Shown in pieces: positions 27,776-32,000 of a stretch of DNA of 32,000 bases. The stretch is from positions 247,212 through 279,211 of the forward strand of contig CAWKFQ010000023.1 of the NCBI GenBank assembly GCA_963848955.1, given 5' to 3'. The translations under genes were made by a program, and so were the position numbers. The notes below the pieces were generated by a model. The model searched no databases. It had not been told where the DNA came from and was given only the letters and a program-made list of their open reading frames with translations. Numbering within the stretch: the first letter of the stretch is position 1; every line of letters begins with the position of its first letter. The DNA is from an uncultured Solirubrobacterales bacterium. Lineage in GTDB: Bacteria; Actinomycetota; Thermoleophilia; Solirubrobacterales; 70-9.

Positions 27776-28579
27776 ATGAGGACCGTGGTGGTCACCGATT
27801 CGAGCGGCCGGCCGTCGCGGGCCCCTGCCGCCGGAGCGGTGGTCGTGGTGCCCATCACCATCCTGCTCGCCGACCGTCAGGTTCCCGACGACCAGATCGA
27901 TCCGCTGGCCGTGGACGAGGCCCTGGCCAGGGGCGAGCCGATCAAGACCCGGGCCCCGGGGGTGATCGACTACCTCGACGCCGTCGAGAGCACCGACGCG
28001 CAGGCGGCGGTGATCCTCACCCCGGCCGCCGAGCTGACAGCCATGTGGCGCCACGCCTGCCACGCGCCCTGGCTCGCGGACCGGCCGGTCGCGGTCGTGG
28101 ACACGCGCACGGCGGCGTCGGGCCAGGCACTGGTGGCCGAGGCCGCCGCCGAGGCGGCCCTGGACGGCAACAGCTCGCTCGCCGACGTCGTCGCCGCGGC
28201 GCGGGAGGCCGCCGGCCGGGCGCGGGTGATCGGGGCGGTGGGCACCGCCGAGCCGCTGGTGGCCGCCGGGATGGTCGAGATCGAGCGCGGGCGCGGCCGA
28301 CCGACGATCTTCGAGGCGCGCCAGGGGACGATCGAGCCGCTGCGGGTGCTCGACGGCGAGGATCCGGTGACGGCGCTCGCCGACCTCTACGGCAGGCAGC
28401 GGGGTGCCGGTGACCCCGTCGCGTTCACGGGCGCCGGCGCCGGCCCCGGAGGGCAGGCCATGGCCGAGCGACTCGCCGGGCTGGTCGGTTCCGAGCGGCC
28501 GCCGGAGGTCTGCAGCGCAGCGATGACCGTCTACACGGGCCGGGGCGTGATCGGCATCGCCTGGCTCGACCGGGCCTGA
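27776..28579 (+). CDS. DegV family (fatty-acid binding) protein
   Basis: Intact 267 aa: VVVTDSS.., ..IKTRAPGVIDYLDAVE.., TRTAASGQALVAEAAAEAALDG.., ending AAMTVYTGRGVIGIAW. It is divergent from the regulator across a 59-nt gap. Confidence 0.8.
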   Translation: MRTVVVTDSSGRPSRAPAAGAVVVVPITILLADRQVPDDQIDPLAVDEALARGEPIKTRAPGVIDYLDAVESTDAQAAVILTPAAELTAMWRHACHAPWLADRPVAVVDTRTAASGQALVAEAAAEAALDGNSSLADVVAAAREAAGRARVIGAVGTAEPLVAAGMVEIERGRGRPTIFEARQGTIEPLRVLDGEDPVTALADLYGRQRGAGDPVAFTGAGAGPGGQAMAERLAGLVGSERPPEVCSAAMTVYTGRGVIGIAWLDRA

Positions 28580-28655
28580 CGCGTTCACGCCGGCAAGTGC
28601 GCGTTCCCGTGGAAGTGGCCGTCCCGGCGACCACATCCACGAACACAACGCTGGG

Positions 28656-29531
28656 TCAGGCGGTGGACAGCCCCAGGACCTTCTCGGCGTTGTGCCGCAG
28701 GAACTTGGGCCACACCTCGTCCTTGAACTGCACCCCGGGCAGCTCGCCCATGATGCGCTCGAGCGACAGCCCCATCGGGAAATAGCCGGCATAGATGATC
28801 TTGTCGGCGCCGCGGGTGTTGGCGTAGTCGATGATGGCCCTGGGGTAGTACTTCGGCGCGAAGGCACTGGTGGAGTAGTAGAGGTTGGGCCACTTGAGCA
28901 TCAGCTTCACGGCCAGGTCGGCCCAGGGCTCGCAGCCGTGCCGGGTCACGAACACCAGCTCGGGAAAGTCGTAGCAGACCTCGTCGATCAGCTCGACGTG
29001 CTGGCAGGCGAAGCGCAGCCGGGGCCCCGGGATGCCGGCGCAGCAGAACACGGCGATGCCCAACTCCACGCACTTGGCATAGATCGGGTACATCTTCTTG
29101 TCGTTGATCGGCACCTGGGGGAAGGTGCCGGCGGGGAACACGCCGATCGAGCTGATCCCCCAGGTGTCGTGGGCGGCGGCGATGGCCCGCACGGCGTCCA
29201 TGCCCTGGTTGGGGTCGACCGAGAGCTGGGGGATGAACCGGTCGGGGAAGTCGCGCACGGCCCGCTCCCCGACCTCACCGTGCACACCGATGACGCCCTT
29301 CTCGACGCCCCAGAGGTCCATCTCCCGCAGGGTCACGGCCAGGGGATCGGCACCCTTGTCGAGCTTCTTGTCGGGGACGTCCTTGAACATGTACTCGACC
29401 GGAAACTCGAAGTCTTCCTTCGACTCCTTGTCGTGCGTCTGCTGGGTGATGAACGCGTACTGCTTGCGCATGTTCCGGGCCGGGAAGCCGATCATCGTGT
29501 CGATGATCCCGATGTCTAACGGGGGCGTCAT
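28656..29531 (-). CDS. Amidohydrolase-2 (ACMSD-like metal-dependent hydrolase/decarboxylase) family protein
   Basis: ATG at 29531, 291 aa: IIDTMIGFP...GISSIGVFPAG...MYPIYAKCVELGIAVFCCAGIPGP...VFVTRHGCEPWADLAVKLMLKWPNLYYSTSAF. It has noticeably lower GC than its neighbours. Confidence 0.85.
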   Translation of the reverse strand: MTPPLDIGIIDTMIGFPARNMRKQYAFITQQTHDKESKEDFEFPVEYMFKDVPDKKLDKGADPLAVTLREMDLWGVEKGVIGVHGEVGERAVRDFPDRFIPQLSVDPNQGMDAVRAIAAAHDTWGISSIGVFPAGTFPQVPINDKKMYPIYAKCVELGIAVFCCAGIPGPRLRFACQHVELIDEVCYDFPELVFVTRHGCEPWADLAVKLMLKWPNLYYSTSAFAPKYYPRAIIDYANTRGADKIIYAGYFPMGLSLERIMGELPGVQFKDEVWPKFLRHNAEKVLGLSTA

Positions 29532-29590
29532 GTCGGCTGGTTCTAGCAAGGGTCGCGGCGCACATGCCCTGTCGAGGCTAGGAAGTAGCG

Positions 29591-30110
29591 ATGGCGCTCG
29601 ACCCCGACCCGACCACCGATACTGCGACGCCCTCGATGCCCGAGGGTGACGCCGAGCCCGTCCGCGGACGCATCGTCGTGGGCATCGACGACTCCGGACA
29701 GGCGGCCGCGGCGCTGCGTTGGGCCCTGGCGGAGGGCGTCCTGCGGCAGGCGACCGTGGAGGTGGTGCACGCCTGGTCGCCGCCGATGTCGGCCCTGCCC
29801 TTCGGCGCCACCCTGCGCCTGCGTGCGAACGAGGGCGAGATCGACGCCGTCGCGCCGGGCGTCGGTGGACGAGATCGTCGACGCCGCGCTGGCCGAGATG
29901 GACAGCCGACCTCCCGAGGTCATGCGCACGATCCTGCCCGGCGGCGCGGCGCTGACGCTGATCGAGGTGGCCGAATCGGCGGACCTGCTGGTGGTCGGCT
30001 CCCACGGGCGCACGGGTCTCAGCCGGCTGGTCGTCGGCTCGGTGGCGATGGCGTGCGTGCAGCACGCGCCCTGCCCGGTGGTGGTGGTGAGGACCCCGTC
30101 GGAGGACTGA
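29591..30110 (+). pseudogene. Universal stress protein (UspA family), one frame break near 29850
   Basis: [36 protein letters not shown] is in ORF 29591... The remainder, [12 protein letters not shown]...[36 protein letters not shown], is in ORF 29646..30110. Confidence 0.8.
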
Positions 30111-30167
30111 CTCCCCAGGGCCCGCCGCCGTCATCCGGCCGGCCGGCGGGAGCTACCTTCGAGCGCG

Positions 30168-31976
30168 ATGCGGACGAGCAGCCGCCGAAGGCTCGACTTG
30201 GCGCTCATGGCCGGCGGCAGCCTGGTCGTCGGAGCGGTGGCGCTGGTCGGCGCCGTCGCGGGCGACACCGAGCGGGTCGAACGCCTGTGGACGTCCGCGG
30301 AGCTGGCCGACGACGGATCGGCTCAGATCACCGAGGTGATCGACTACGACTTCGGCGCCCTCAGCGAGAAGCACGGCATCTTCCGCGACGTGCCGGACCT
30401 CTCACCGGAGGCACCCATCACCGTCGACTCCCCCGACGCCCCCGACGCCATCCAGGTGACGCCCGAGGCAATCGAGGGCCGTGAGGGCGCCAGGATCCGG
30501 ATCGGCGACCCCAACGTCACCGTCTCGGGCCGCCACCGCTACCGGATCGAGTACCCGCTGCCCGGTGTGACCCGGGGCACGACGCTCGACTGGGAGGCGG
30601 TCGGGGTCAGCTGGGAGGTCCCCATCGAGGAAGCGGAGATCCACGTGGTCGCCCCGTTCGAGCTGCTCGACGCCACCTGCTCGAAGGGCGTGACCGGCTC
30701 GCAGGGCGGCTGCGCGGTCCGGGAAGTCGCACCTGGTCACCTGGTGGCCACGGTGGACGGCCTCGACGCCGGCGAGGGCGTGTCGATCGAAGCCCGGACC
30801 GGCAGCGACCTGGCCACGCCGCCGGAGCTGCCCGAGCCGCCGGCCACGCCGCCCGACGACCCCGGGACGGGGCTTGCGTCGCCCGCGGGCACCGCCGCCG
30901 CCGGGGCGCTGCTGGCGGGGGGATCGACGGCGTGGCTGGTACGGCGCGCTGGACGCGAGCGCGTGGGCGCCGGAGGGCCGGCCGACGCCGCCTGGGCCGG
31001 TCCCGACGCCTCGACGAGCTGGACACGCGTCGACCAGAAGGAGCTCGAGGCCATGGCCACCACCGAGTTCGCGCCGCCGGCCGAGCTCGACCCGCCGCAC
31101 GGCGGCATCGTGCTGACCGAGGAGGTCCGGCCCGAGCACAAGGTGGCATGGCTGATCCAGATGGCGATCGACGGCACCATCGACATCGGCGCCGACGGAG
31201 CCGACCCCGGCGGTGCGGGCGGTGCCTGGACACCATGGACCGGCGGCGACGATCTCCGCCTGGTCCGTACCGGGCACGGCACTCCCGATGCCGCCGCCAT
31301 CCTCGATACCGCCTTTGCCGGCCGCGACGAAGTCGATCTGGGCAGCTACGACTCGAATTTCGCCCGGGCCTGGCAGCACCTCCAGGGACAGCTGCAGGCC
31401 TGGCGCGACACCAGCGGGATGTGGGATCCCGCCGGCGGCACCCGCAAGGTGACGGCCCGGGTGCTGGGCATCATCGGCGTGGTGGTGGGGGCGCTGGGTG
31501 CGGCCGCCGGCGGCTGGCTGGCGAACCAAAGGGGGCCGGCCTGGCTCGTCCTGGCCGCGGCGGGCGGGGCCGTGGCGGGCGCCGGGCTGGCGGCGGCGCT
31601 GCGGGCCTGGGAGCTGCGGGTCCGCACCCCGGCGGGCTCGGCGGCCTGGCTGCGGGTCGAGTCGTTCCGCCGGTTCCTGGCGGGCTCGGAGGCGTACCAC
31701 GCCGAGGAGGCGGCCAAGCGCGGGGTGTTGCGGGAGTACACCGCCTGGGCGGTGGCCTTGGGCGAGATCGACCGCTGGCAGCGGGCGGTCTCGGCGGCCT
31801 CGATCGCACCCGAGACCGCCGGCCTGTCCTACGCCTACATGGCCCCGCTGCTGCTGGCGTCCACCACTTCGGCGGCCACCGCGCCCTCGTCGAGCGGCGG
31901 GGGCATCGGCGGCGGTGGCTTCGGTGGCGGTTCGGTCGGCGGCGGCGCCGGCGGGGGTGGCGGCGGCAGCTGGTAG
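30168..31976 (+). CDS. DUF2207-type membrane protein with Gly-rich C-terminal tail
   Basis: Intact 602 aa with an N-terminal TM and an ectodomain (RYRIEYPLPGV). The central FAPPAELDPPHGGIVL...AWLIQMAIDGTIDI is followed by two TM helices and the tail SSGGGIGGGGFGGGSVGGGAGGGGGGSW. Confidence 0.8.
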   Translation: MRTSSRRRLDLALMAGGSLVVGAVALVGAVAGDTERVERLWTSAELADDGSAQITEVIDYDFGALSEKHGIFRDVPDLSPEAPITVDSPDAPDAIQVTPEAIEGREGARIRIGDPNVTVSGRHRYRIEYPLPGVTRGTTLDWEAVGVSWEVPIEEAEIHVVAPFELLDATCSKGVTGSQGGCAVREVAPGHLVATVDGLDAGEGVSIEARTGSDLATPPELPEPPATPPDDPGTGLASPAGTAAAGALLAGGSTAWLVRRAGRERVGAGGPADAAWAGPDASTSWTRVDQKELEAMATTEFAPPAELDPPHGGIVLTEEVRPEHKVAWLIQMAIDGTIDIGADGADPGGAGGAWTPWTGGDDLRLVRTGHGTPDAAAILDTAFAGRDEVDLGSYDSNFARAWQHLQGQLQAWRDTSGMWDPAGGTRKVTARVLGIIGVVVGALGAAAGGWLANQRGPAWLVLAAAGGAVAGAGLAAALRAWELRVRTPAGSAAWLRVESFRRFLAGSEAYHAEEAAKRGVLREYTAWAVALGEIDRWQRAVSAASIAPETAGLSYAYMAPLLLASTTSAATAPSSSGGGIGGGGFGGGSVGGGAGGGGGGSW

Positions 31977-32000
31977 CGGACCCAGAGAATCGGCGTTGCG

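Noticed and set aside
28656-29531. Lower-GC amidohydrolase gene as a possible horizontally acquired island
   Set aside because: It is a single gene with no flanking repeats, tRNA, integrase or other mobility signature. The composition shift looks modest, and I could not quantify it.
1-32000. Search for rRNA, tRNA, transposases, integrases, toxin-antitoxin pairs or defence-system genes
   Set aside because: I recognised none on either strand. Every sizeable gap between genes is under 300 nt and is accounted for above.

Overview
Very GC-rich, actinobacterium-like chromosomal window (GC not computed exactly) with dense coding. I found no rRNA, tRNA, CRISPR array, transposase or integrase. Most long ORFs in the six-frame track are Arg/Pro/Gly-rich shadow frames of the real genes. 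Gene order: (1) 75-5293, an envelope and probably copper-related locus. It has two secreted/membrane proteins of unknown function, a CopC-CopD fusion with a C-terminal Ig-like domain, and a zf-HC2 membrane anti-sigma factor divergent from an ECF sigma factor. (2) 5309-15840, housekeeping and redox genes: hrpB, dodecin, AidB-like acyl-CoA dehydrogenase, arsC plus a luciferase-like oxidoreductase, two SDRs, an enoyl-CoA hydratase, and a DEAD-box helicase followed by a cold-shock domain. (3) 16113-26831, one long minus-strand hopanoid/MEP operon in the order hpnC, hpnD, hpnE, polyprenyl synthase, shc, HpnG-like::ispH, hpnH, dxs, tiny lipoprotein. A MerR+TetR double-HTH regulator and a palindromic AT-richer site lie just upstream. 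(4) 27776-31976: DegV, amidohydrolase, universal stress protein, DUF2207 membrane protein. The most striking sequence-level observation is about 40 reading-frame breaks. Roughly 31-33 of them fall inside dxs, hpnH, shc, the polyprenyl synthase and hpnE, while neighbouring multi-kb genes are intact. I cannot tell assembly indel error from real gene decay using the sequence alone. I see no convincing wholly new system. The best leads are the regulator/operator in front of the hopanoid operon, the apparent HpnG-like::IspH fusion, the helicase-CSD arrangement and the His-rich anti-sigma/CopCD locus.
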